Made by a program: the position numbers and the translations under genes. Below, piece by piece: positions 37,502 through 45,419 of a stretch of DNA of 64,000 nt. Within the stretch, counting starts at the first letter, position 1; every line of letters begins with the position of its first letter. The DNA is taken from positions 43,148-107,147 of the forward strand of contig CAZIOS010000003.1 of assembly GCA_964540905.1 (NCBI GenBank), given 5' to 3'. Origin of the DNA: an uncultured Conexibacteraceae bacterium. GTDB lineage: Bacteria; Actinomycetota; Thermoleophilia; Solirubrobacterales; 70-9. The notes beneath the pieces are model-generated. The model saw only the letters and a program-made list of their open reading frames with translations. It was not told the DNA's origin and ran no database searches.

Positions 37502-37866
37502 GCGAGCTCGCGGCCGCCCTGATCGCCGTCGCCGGTGGCCTCGCCGGTGGCCTGGTTGGGGTCGGCGGCGGCGTCCTCTTCGTGCCGGCGCTGACGATCT
37601 TCCTCGGCCTCTCCCAGGTCGAGGGCGAGTCGACCTCGCTGCTGATGATCGTGATCGTCGCCCTGGTCGGGGCGATCCGCCAGAACGGCTACGGCAACGT
37701 CCGCCTCCGCGAGGCGCTGGTGATCGGCGTGCTCTCGCCGCTGGGGGTGCTGGTCGGGGTCGCCGTCGCCAACCACGTCTCCGAACGGGCGCTGCAGCTC
37801 ACCTTCGCCGCCCTCGCCCTGTTCATGGCCCTGCAGTTGCTGCGCCGAGCCCGGGCCGCGCCCTGA
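37498..37866 (+). CDS. TauE/SafE (TSUP) family half-size membrane protein, C-half
   Basis: 122 aa, about 4 TMS, GLVGVGGG motif. Paralogous in pattern to the preceding ORF. Confidence 0.75.
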   Translation: MSELAAALIAVAGGLAGGLVGVGGGVLFVPALTIFLGLSQVEGESTSLLMIVIVALVGAIRQNGYGNVRLREALVIGVLSPLGVLVGVAVANHVSERALQLTFAALALFMALQLLRRARAAP

Positions 37867-37906
37867 ACCCGCTGCCCGGAGCAAGGCCATCGTCTACGCT
37901 CAAAGC

Positions 37907-38776
37907 GTGGAATCGCTCACCTGGGAAGGCGACCTGCCCAATCTCCGCTCCCCGGTCCTGGTCTGCTCGTTTCGCGGCTGGAACGACGCCGCCGCCTCGG
38001 CCTCGACCGCGCTCGGCGCCGTCGCCTCCTCCTTCGACGCCCAGCTGATCGCCCGGATCGACCCCGAGGACTACTTCGACTTCCAGTCGACGCGGCCGAC
38101 GATCACCCTCGACGGCGGCCAGACGCGGCGGATCGAGTGGCCGGAAAACAACCTGATCGCGGCCCGGGTGCCGAGCGCCGAACGCGACCTGGTGCTGCTC
38201 GACGGCACCGAGCCGAACCTGCGCTGGCGCACCTTCTCGGAGACGATCGCCACCGCCGCCGACGCCCTCGGCGTCGAGTTCGTCGTCACCCTCGGGGCGC
38301 TGATCGCCGAGGTCTCCCATACCCTGCCGGTGCCGATCACCGGCCTCGCCTCCGACGCCAACCTGGTCGAGGAGCTCGAACTCGAGCGCTCCAGCTACGA
38401 GGGCCCGACCGGGATCGTCGGCGTCGTCCACGACCTCTGCGGCCAGAGCGGGATCGATTCCGCCTCGCTCTGGGCGGCGGTGCCCCACTACGTCGCCGCG
38501 GTCCCCAACCCGAAGGCGGCGCTGGCGCTGCTGCGCCGGCTCGAGGGCCTGACCGGGATCGCCGTCGAGGCCTCCGAACTGGAGGAGGAAACGAGCGACT
38601 ACGAGGAGCAGATCGGCCGCGCCGTCGCCGCCAACCCGGAGATCGAGGAGCTGGTCGCGCGGATCGAGGCCGAACAGGTCGACCTGCTCGCCGCCGAGGG
38701 CGACGAGCTGCCCTCCGCCGACACGATCGCCCGCGAGTTCCAGCGCTTCCTGCGCCAGCGCGGCGACCAGCGCTGA
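37907..38776 (+). CDS. PAC2 (proteasome assembly chaperone 2-like) family protein
   Basis: LRSPVLVCSFRGWNDAAASASTAL N-terminal pattern typical of actinobacterial PAC2 proteins. GTG start. Confidence 0.78.
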   Translation: MESLTWEGDLPNLRSPVLVCSFRGWNDAAASASTALGAVASSFDAQLIARIDPEDYFDFQSTRPTITLDGGQTRRIEWPENNLIAARVPSAERDLVLLDGTEPNLRWRTFSETIATAADALGVEFVVTLGALIAEVSHTLPVPITGLASDANLVEELELERSSYEGPTGIVGVVHDLCGQSGIDSASLWAAVPHYVAAVPNPKAALALLRRLEGLTGIAVEASELEEETSDYEEQIGRAVAANPEIEELVARIEAEQVDLLAAEGDELPSADTIAREFQRFLRQRGDQR

Positions 38777-38871
38777 GGGCGCTGCAAACCTGCGCATCTC
38801 GGCGTCCTCGGTCGGTCATGTGCGGAGCACACTCCCTCCCTCGTCCTTGACCTGCTTGGTTTTCGCGCCCT

Positions 38872-41823
38872 CTAGGACTCCGCCGCGGGGCAGATCAGGC
38901 GGTAGTCGCACCAGCCGCAGACCGCCGGCGATGGGCGCGGCTCGAAGTCCTGGTCGAGGATGCCCTCGCCGACCTGCAGCACCGTGCGCTCGACCCGCTC
39001 GGCGTCGTCGGGCTTGCTCGGCGCCGCCACCTTGTCGGCATCGAGCACGTAGTAGTAGCTGCCGCTCGAGGCCTCGATCTCCCAGGCCTCGCGGGCGGCG
39101 AGCCGGTAGAGCGCCAGCTGCAGGTCGTTCTCCAGCTCGGCCTCGGTCCGGCGCTCGCCGGTCTTGTAGTCGATCAGCTCGTAGTCGCCGTCGGGCAGGC
39201 GGTCGACCCGGTCGACCCGGCCGCGGACGTGGTGCTCGCCGACCTTGAAGTCGAACTTTTTCTCCAGCCAGACCGGCTCGCCCTCGGCGACCCGCTCGCG
39301 CTCCCAGTAGAGACGCAGCGCCTCGCGGGCGCGGTCGCGGAACTGCAGCTCGTCGTCGGTCGCGCCGAAGCCGGTGCGGCGCCAGCCGGTCTCGAACAGC
39401 TCGTTCAGCCGCCGCAGCCCGTCCTCGCCCTCGCCCGGCGGGTCTTTGTGGAAGCGCTCGAGCACGTTGTGGATGAGGATCCCGAAGCGCTGGTTGATCG
39501 TCGGCTCCTGCGGGATCCCGAAGACGCGGGCGAACTTGTACTTCAGCGGGCAGGTCAGGTAGAGGCTGAGGTCGGAGGCGGAGAGGCTGAGCCGCCCGTC
39601 GCCGCGGCGCGGCAGGAAGGCCTCCAGCGAGGGCTCCTCGCGGGCGGCGATCAGCTCGCGGCGGCGGCCGCGCTCGTCCTCGGAGTCGAGCAGGTAGGAG
39701 TCGAGCGAGGAGGCGTCGAGCTCGGCCTGCTGCTCGGGGGTGGCGACCTGGCGCAGGAGGCCGTTGACCGCCTCGATCGCCTCCGCCGTCGGCTCGTCGC
39801 CGGGCCGCTGCGCCAGCGCCGCCAGCTTCAGCAGCTCGAGGTAGCGGGCGATCGCCCGGTTGACGTCGATCGCGGTGTCGAGGCGCGGCTCGGAGAGCTC
39901 GCGACCCGCCCGCCAGGAGGCCTCCAGGACCTGCTCGCGCAGGGTGCGGTAGGTCGCGTGCAGGCCCTCGGCGGGACCGAAGAGCTCCTCGCCGTGCTCC
40001 TCCTCCTCGACCCCGGCCGCCGCCAGCGCCTCCGCGTAGAAGGCCGAGGGACGGGCCTCCCCCTGCTCGCCGCGCTGCAGGCGCGAGAGCACCAGCCCGT
40101 TCCGCGCCGGCCAGCCGAGCCGCTCCCACTCCGCCTCGGCCTCGAGCCCGAGCACGAAGACGTGGTCGAAGCCGGCCCCCTTGACCGCGTCCAGGGCGAG
40201 GCCGCGGACCGAGCCGGGAGAGGGCGGCTCCTCGCCGCCGGCCGGCTCGACCCCGGCCTCGGCGACCGCGCTCAGATAGGAGACGAAGCCGCGAGTCGAG
40301 CCGTGCGGCTCGCGCCGCGCCCAGGCGGTCGCCAGCTCGGCCAGCCGCGAGAGCCCGAGCAGGCGCTCGGCGACCTCGGGCTGGGCGGCGAAGAGGCGCT
40401 GGCGGCGCAGGCCCACCCGCTCGATCAGCCGCCGCACGAAGACGTCGGCGCGGCGCTCCTCCATCGCCGCGGCGGCGGCGTTGTAGAGCTTGAGGAAGGC
40501 CCCGATCCGCTCCCGCGCCTCGGGCTGGAACTGGGGGCTGTCGAGCGCCGCCTCGCAGGCGGCGACCATGTCCTGCTTGCGGCGGCGGGCGATCGTCGTC
40601 AGCCGCGCCAGGTCGCCGGATCGAAGTTCGATCGGCGGCCGGGTCAGCGCCCGCGCCGCCGCCGCCGAGTCGTCGGGGTCGGCGAGCACCCGCAGCCAGG
40701 CGATCGCGTCGCGCACCTCCGGCCGCTGGAAGAGGGCCGTCGGCCCGGCGAGATGGAAGCCGACGCCGCGCTCCTCCATCGCCGCCGCCACGGCGCCACC
40801 CTGTCGCGGTGGGTCGGCGACGAGGACGCAGATCTGCTCCGGGCTGGCGCCGCCGGCCAGCAGGTGCTCGACCTCGCGCGCCACCGCCTGCGCCTGCGCC
40901 CGCTCGTTGGCGCACTTCCAGAAGCGCAATTGGGGCTGGCGGAAGCGCTCGCTCAGTTCCAGCGCCTCGGCGCCCGGGTGCAGGCCGGCGAACCAGCCGT
41001 CGGGCTCGCCCTGCGGCTCCAGGGCGAAGAGCTGGTTCGGGTTGTCGGTCGCCAGCCCCTCGAGGATCGCCCGCTGCGCCCGCGTCGCCTCCTCCAGCTC
41101 GTCGACCATCACATGCTCGAAGCGGGCGGCGATCTGGCGGCGGATGTCGGGGCGCTCGACGAAGAGGCAGTCGAGGGCGAGGAAGACGTCGCCGCGGTCG
41201 AGGCTGCCGGTGGCGGCGAGGATGCGGTCGTGGGCGGTGAAGAGCTCGGCGAACTCGAGCTCGCGCCGAACCTCCTCGCGGTCGGCCTCCTCGGCGGCGC
41301 TCCCCTCCTTCTCCCGCGCCCGCTGCTCGAGCCGCGTCGGCCCGACCCGTTCGGCCTTGAGCCGGTCGATCCGAGCCAGCAGCCGAGCCAGCAGCCCGGC
41401 CGGGTTGCCGCGGATCTCGTGCCGGCGCAATGGCAGCTGGTCGAGCCGGTCGAGCAGCATCGCCAGCCGCTCGGCCGGGCCGAGCACGTCGAAGAAGGGG
41501 TCGAGCCCGGCGGCCTCGGCGTGCTCGCGCAGCAGCCGCTCGCCGAGCCTGTCCCAGCTGCCGATCCAGAGCTCCTCGAAGGACCCGCTCAGCAGCGCCT
41601 CGGCGCGCTCGCGCAGGCGCCGCGCGGTGGTGCGGGTGGAGGCCACGAGCAGGACCCGCTGCGGCGGCGTCCCCGCCGCCGCCAGGCGGGCCAGACGCCG
41701 CGCCAGCAGCTCGGTCTTGCCGGTCCCGGCGGCGCCGAGGACCAGCAGCGGGCCGGCGCCGTGGGCGATCGCGCGATCGCGCTCCGGCGCCTGCGCCGCC
41801 ACCGTCGGTTGCTCCTCGCGCAT
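38872..41823 (-). CDS. UvrD/PcrA-type helicase fused to C-terminal Fe-S PD-(D/E)XK nuclease (AddA/AdnB-like)
   Basis: Walker A GAAGTGKT. Nuclease motifs GRVDRVD and IDYKTG. Four Cys (TCPLKY ... CGWCDYRLICP) arranged as in Cas4/AddB-type clusters. Confidence 0.88.
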   Translation of the reverse strand: MREEQPTVAAQAPERDRAIAHGAGPLLVLGAAGTGKTELLARRLARLAAAGTPPQRVLLVASTRTTARRLRERAEALLSGSFEELWIGSWDRLGERLLREHAEAAGLDPFFDVLGPAERLAMLLDRLDQLPLRRHEIRGNPAGLLARLLARIDRLKAERVGPTRLEQRAREKEGSAAEEADREEVRRELEFAELFTAHDRILAATGSLDRGDVFLALDCLFVERPDIRRQIAARFEHVMVDELEEATRAQRAILEGLATDNPNQLFALEPQGEPDGWFAGLHPGAEALELSERFRQPQLRFWKCANERAQAQAVAREVEHLLAGGASPEQICVLVADPPRQGGAVAAAMEERGVGFHLAGPTALFQRPEVRDAIAWLRVLADPDDSAAAARALTRPPIELRSGDLARLTTIARRRKQDMVAACEAALDSPQFQPEARERIGAFLKLYNAAAAAMEERRADVFVRRLIERVGLRRQRLFAAQPEVAERLLGLSRLAELATAWARREPHGSTRGFVSYLSAVAEAGVEPAGGEEPPSPGSVRGLALDAVKGAGFDHVFVLGLEAEAEWERLGWPARNGLVLSRLQRGEQGEARPSAFYAEALAAAGVEEEEHGEELFGPAEGLHATYRTLREQVLEASWRAGRELSEPRLDTAIDVNRAIARYLELLKLAALAQRPGDEPTAEAIEAVNGLLRQVATPEQQAELDASSLDSYLLDSEDERGRRRELIAAREEPSLEAFLPRRGDGRLSLSASDLSLYLTCPLKYKFARVFGIPQEPTINQRFGILIHNVLERFHKDPPGEGEDGLRRLNELFETGWRRTGFGATDDELQFRDRAREALRLYWERERVAEGEPVWLEKKFDFKVGEHHVRGRVDRVDRLPDGDYELIDYKTGERRTEAELENDLQLALYRLAAREAWEIEASSGSYYYVLDADKVAAPSKPDDAERVERTVLQVGEGILDQDFEPRPSPAVCGWCDYRLICPAAES

Positions 41824-41856
41824 CGCCCAACGCTAGCGCGCCATAGCATCCGGCCG

Positions 41857-42687
41857 GTGGATGTTCTCTCCGCAGATTGGCTGGGGATCTGCCGCCGCAT
41901 CGTCGCCGCGCAGGAGGCGGTCTTCGCGGCGACTCCGGGCAGCGAGGAGCGCACTGTCTACGAGGGGGTCGGCGAGGGCGGCGACCGCACTCTGGCGATC
42001 GACCGCCGCTGCGAGGACATCGTCTTCGCCGAGCTCGAAGCGCTGGCCGCGGCGGACGCCTCGTTCCTGGCCGTCTCCGAGGAGCGTGGCGAGGTCGGCT
42101 TCGGCGCCGGCGGCGAGATCCGGGTCGTGATCGACCCGATCGACGGCTCGCTCAACGCCCGCCGCACGATCCCCTCGCACAGCCTCAGCATCGCCGTCGC
42201 CTCCGGCCCCTCGATGGCCGACGTCGAGTTTGGCTTCGTCCACGACTTCGGCGCCGGCGAGGAGTTCTCCGCCCGCCGCGGCGGGGGGGCCGAGGGGAGC
42301 GGACGCCCGGCCCGGGTTGCGGCCGAGGGCGAGACGCTGGAGATCGTCGGCCTCGAGTCGGCCGAGCCGGAGCGCTCGCTGCCGGCGCTGCGGGCGCTCG
42401 CTGGAAGCGCCTACCGCCTGCGGGTGGTCGGCTCGATCGCGATCACCGCCGCCTACGTCGCCGCCGGCCGCTTCGACGCGATGCTCAGCCTGCGGCCCTG
42501 CCGCTCGGTCGACGCCGCCGCTGCCCAGCTGATCGTCCGCGAGGCGGGCGGGGCGGTCGCCTTCGGCGAGCTGGAGCTGGGACAGGCGTCGCTCGACCTC
42601 GACGCGCGTTACCCGATCGCCGCCGCCCGCTCGAACGCCGCCCTGGCGACGGTCAGGGCGGCGCAGGCAGCGGCCGAAGCCGCGTAA
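41857..42687 (+). CDS. inositol monophosphatase / FBPase-family protein
   Basis: VSEERGE and VIDPIDGSLN metal-binding motifs. Trimmed to GTG 41857 from the 1152-aa track ORF. Confidence 0.85.
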   Translation: MDVLSADWLGICRRIVAAQEAVFAATPGSEERTVYEGVGEGGDRTLAIDRRCEDIVFAELEALAAADASFLAVSEERGEVGFGAGGEIRVVIDPIDGSLNARRTIPSHSLSIAVASGPSMADVEFGFVHDFGAGEEFSARRGGGAEGSGRPARVAAEGETLEIVGLESAEPERSLPALRALAGSAYRLRVVGSIAITAAYVAAGRFDAMLSLRPCRSVDAAAAQLIVREAGGAVAFGELELGQASLDLDARYPIAAARSNAALATVRAAQAAAEAA

Positions 42688-42709
42688 CCATCCCGCCGAG
42701 GCGGTTTAA

Positions 42710-42738
42710 GAACGTGTGTTCGGAAAGAACATATGTTC
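42710..42738 (+). promoter_or_regulatory. two tandem LexA-type (GAAC-N4-GTTC) boxes
   Basis: aaGAACGTGTGTTCgg (42710-42721) and aaGAACATATGTTCgc (42727-42738), centres 17 bp apart, followed by a TAGACT -10-like hexamer at 42741-42746. About 60 nt upstream of ATG 42799. Confidence 0.6.
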
Positions 42739-42798
42739 GCTAGACTCGCGAACGCCCGAGGCAGGCACAGGCAAACGACCCAAAGGAACGACTTCAAC

Positions 42799-43323
42799 AT
42801 GGCTGAGACCAAAAACGGCAGCAAGTCCAAAACCCAGGCCAAGCGCGCGACCACGGAAGCTAAGAAGTCCGCGACCGCGACCGCGAAAGCCACCAAACGC
42901 GCCGCCACCAAGACCGTTGTCGCTGAGAAGAACCAGGTGCAGACCGTCGCCGAGGCCGCCGTCGACCTCCCCGTCGGCATCGTCCTCAGCGTCAGCGACC
43001 GCGTTTCCGACCTGGTCGAGCCGTGGACCGGCCGCACCAGCGCCGAGAAGCAGCTCAAGTCCTACCGCGCGCAGCTGCGCAAATCGCTGAAGAGGACCGA
43101 GCGCCGCGGCACCAGCGCCCGCCGCAAAGCGACCACCGAGGCTCGCAAGACGCGCAACCGCGTCGAGCGCGAAGCCCGCAAGCACCAGCGCACGGTCGAG
43201 ACGACGCTGAAGCGCAACCGCAACGAGGTCGAGCAGCGCGTCCGCCGCGCGATCGACGAGCAGACCTCGCGGGCCCAGGAGCTGGTCGACCAGGTCACGG
43301 ATCAGATCTCCGCTCTCCGCTAG
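42799..43323 (+). CDS. Lys/Arg-rich hypothetical protein (174 aa), predicted coiled-coil/basic
   Basis: AAAGGAA RBS 7 nt upstream of ATG 42799. The N-terminus is K/T/A-rich and the C-terminal half is a charged R/K/E helix pattern. Followed by a strong terminator. Confidence 0.7.
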   Translation: MAETKNGSKSKTQAKRATTEAKKSATATAKATKRAATKTVVAEKNQVQTVAEAAVDLPVGIVLSVSDRVSDLVEPWTGRTSAEKQLKSYRAQLRKSLKRTERRGTSARRKATTEARKTRNRVEREARKHQRTVETTLKRNRNEVEQRVRRAIDEQTSRAQELVDQVTDQISALR

Positions 43324-43358
43324 GGGAGCGCCCAGGACGCGGCGCGCTGCGCCCCCTC

Positions 43359-43395
43359 AAAGAGCCCCGCATGCAACCAGCATGCGGGGCTCTTT
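43359..43395. terminator. bidirectional intrinsic terminator
   Basis: AAAGAGCCCCGCATGC (43359-43374), loop AACCA, GCATGCGGGGCTCTTT (43380-43395), then TCGTG. 16-bp stem with flanking A/T runs, between convergent genes. Confidence 0.85.
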
Positions 43396-43442
43396 TCGTG
43401 AACGCATCGCTTGGTCCTGGACACTCCTGCGAGGGACATTGA

Positions 43443-45419
43443 TCAACGGCCGGTGACGAATACGGGCCTCGAGCCGGCGGGCTCGTAGGGCCAGCCGTCG
43501 GTCACGGCGACGAAGGCGCGGAACTGGAAGCGGACGCCGCGGCTGTCGTCGTCGCTGAAGGCGTAGGGGTAGCGGAAGCGGCCATGGGCGCCGGTCTTGA
43601 CGGTGCGGAATTCCCGCCAGTCGCCGCGGCGGAGGCGGAACTGCAGCTCGACCGGGATGCCGGCCCCCGCGCCCGCGACCCGACCGCTGAAGACGACCGG
43701 GGCGCCGCCGACCTTTGCCATCGTGGCGGAGGCGCGCATGCGCACGCCGCTGAGGATCTCGAGTCGCAGCGCCGGCGCTGTGGCACGGCCGAGGGTTCTG
43801 CTGCCGGCGAAGACGGCTTCGACCTCGCGGCTTGGGCCCGGGGCGAGGTGGGCGAGGAAGGTGCCGTCGGCAGCGGTCTCGACCGTGGTCGTCCGCCGCT
43901 CCGGCTTGGAGCCGGTGTCGAAGCTCTCCACCAGCTGCACCGGCAGCCCGCCGAGGGGCGATCCCGTGGCCGAGGTCAGCCGGCCCGAGACGGGCGCGCC
44001 GTGACCGAAGCGCGCCGATCTCGCCGTCCTGCGCTTGGCGCCGAACCAGGCCACGATCGCGGTCGGCTTCTTTAGCGGGTTGGCCAGCACCATCCGGGTC
44101 CCGTTGGCGCGGCGCTCGCTGCCGGCGGAGTTGCCGGCGGTGTCGTAGCCGCTGGCCCTGAATTCATAGCTGCCGGGGGGATAGGCGTCGGAGTCCCAGC
44201 GGGCTACCAGCCGGCCGGCCGCGACAGTCGTCGCCAGCGGCAGGAACTGGCGCCCACTTCCGAGCGGCCGCACGGCGATCGAGCCGCGCCGCGGGTCCGG
44301 CCTCGAGAGCGGGTCGCTCACCGTCGCCTCGAGCCGCTCCGGTTCGGCTCCGTCCTGGGTGTCGAGGAAGGCGACGCGTGGCCCTTCTTCGTCGATGCGG
44401 ACGGTCGCCGGCGGCGCGGTGCCGAGGTTGCCGGCGCCGTCGCGGGCTCGGGCCAGCACCTGGTGGACGCCGCTCCCTGCCACCAGCGCCGAGCTGGATG
44501 GCCCGGCGGCGCTCGACGGCCTAGCGCCATCTACCCCGATCTCGGTCAGCGGGCCGTTGAGACCCGCCGCCGCCATCCCGGAGGCGGAGTCGGTCGCCGT
44601 CGCCGTCAGCCGAACCGGCCCGTCGACCCAACCGCCCGGCAGGCCGCTCAGCGCGACCCGCGGCGGGGTTCTGTCGACGTGGATGCTGGCGGTGCCGACC
44701 TGCGCCGAGCGGATCCCGGCACCGGAGACGGCGACGACGTGGACGAAGCTCGTCCCCTCCGGCAGCACGCCGAGGCTGAGGCTGTCGTCGTCCATGCCCG
44801 CGGCCAGATCGGTCTCGTCTTCCTCGCAGCTGTCCGGCCCGGCGCAGGGAGAGCCGCCGGGGGCGCCGTCGACCGAGATCGCGTAGCCGCGAATGCCGGC
44901 GGCCGGCAGTGGTGCCGCGGGATGTTCGAGGCGCAGCAGTGGCGAAGCGTTGGCGCCAACCCAGCCGTTCGGCAGCAGCGGCCGGACCGCCGCCGGCGGG
45001 AGATAGTCGAATTGCAGAACGGTGCTGGTCGCGAGGCCGTAGCTATGCGCTGAGTCCTCGAGCCAGACTTCGGTTTCGTACCGGCCCGGAACGGGCGGGA
45101 CCGAGATGATCGTGAATCCAACGCCGTTGGCGACCCCGGCTTCGCTCACCGCGACTCTCCTGTCGGCAACGACGACGATGCCGTCCCTGGCGAGCCGGTA
45201 GTGGACGGCGGCGATCGGCGCGGTGACGTGCTCGCCGGGCGCCGGCTTCCAGGTCACGAGAAAGCTCTCGTTGCTATGCCAACCGGCCCCGCCCTCGACC
45301 CAGAGCTCCACCCGAGGCGGAGCCGAGGCCCGGGCGCCCGTGGCGGTGACAGCGCCGAGCCCGACGAGGATCGCCACAGATGCCAGGGCGCGGGCGAGGA
45401 CCCGAACCGGGTCGCTCAA
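43443..45419 (-). CDS. large secreted protein, probable multi beta-sandwich/Ig-like domains
   Basis: Trimmed to TTG 45419, which forms a TTGA overlap with the upstream stop. The signal peptide then reads LSDPVRVLARALASVAILVGLGAVTATGARA. No enzyme motif recognised. Confidence 0.68.
   Translation of the reverse strand: MSDPVRVLARALASVAILVGLGAVTATGARASAPPRVELWVEGGAGWHSNESFLVTWKPAPGEHVTAPIAAVHYRLARDGIVVVADRRVAVSEAGVANGVGFTIISVPPVPGRYETEVWLEDSAHSYGLATSTVLQFDYLPPAAVRPLLPNGWVGANASPLLRLEHPAAPLPAAGIRGYAISVDGAPGGSPCAGPDSCEEDETDLAAGMDDDSLSLGVLPEGTSFVHVVAVSGAGIRSAQVGTASIHVDRTPPRVALSGLPGGWVDGPVRLTATATDSASGMAAAGLNGPLTEIGVDGARPSSAAGPSSSALVAGSGVHQVLARARDGAGNLGTAPPATVRIDEEGPRVAFLDTQDGAEPERLEATVSDPLSRPDPRRGSIAVRPLGSGRQFLPLATTVAAGRLVARWDSDAYPPGSYEFRASGYDTAGNSAGSERRANGTRMVLANPLKKPTAIVAWFGAKRRTARSARFGHGAPVSGRLTSATGSPLGGLPVQLVESFDTGSKPERRTTTVETAADGTFLAHLAPGPSREVEAVFAGSRTLGRATAPALRLEILSGVRMRASATMAKVGGAPVVFSGRVAGAGAGIPVELQFRLRRGDWREFRTVKTGAHGRFRYPYAFSDDDSRGVRFQFRAFVAVTDGWPYEPAGSRPVFVTGR

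Noticed and set aside
38816-42687. 1004-aa ORF 38816..41830 (-) and the first ~875 codons of 1152-aa ORF 39229..42687 (+)
   Set aside because: These are frame shadows of the helicase-nuclease gene. Only the C-terminal 276 codons of the + ORF carry IMPase motifs, so that gene was trimmed to GTG 41857.
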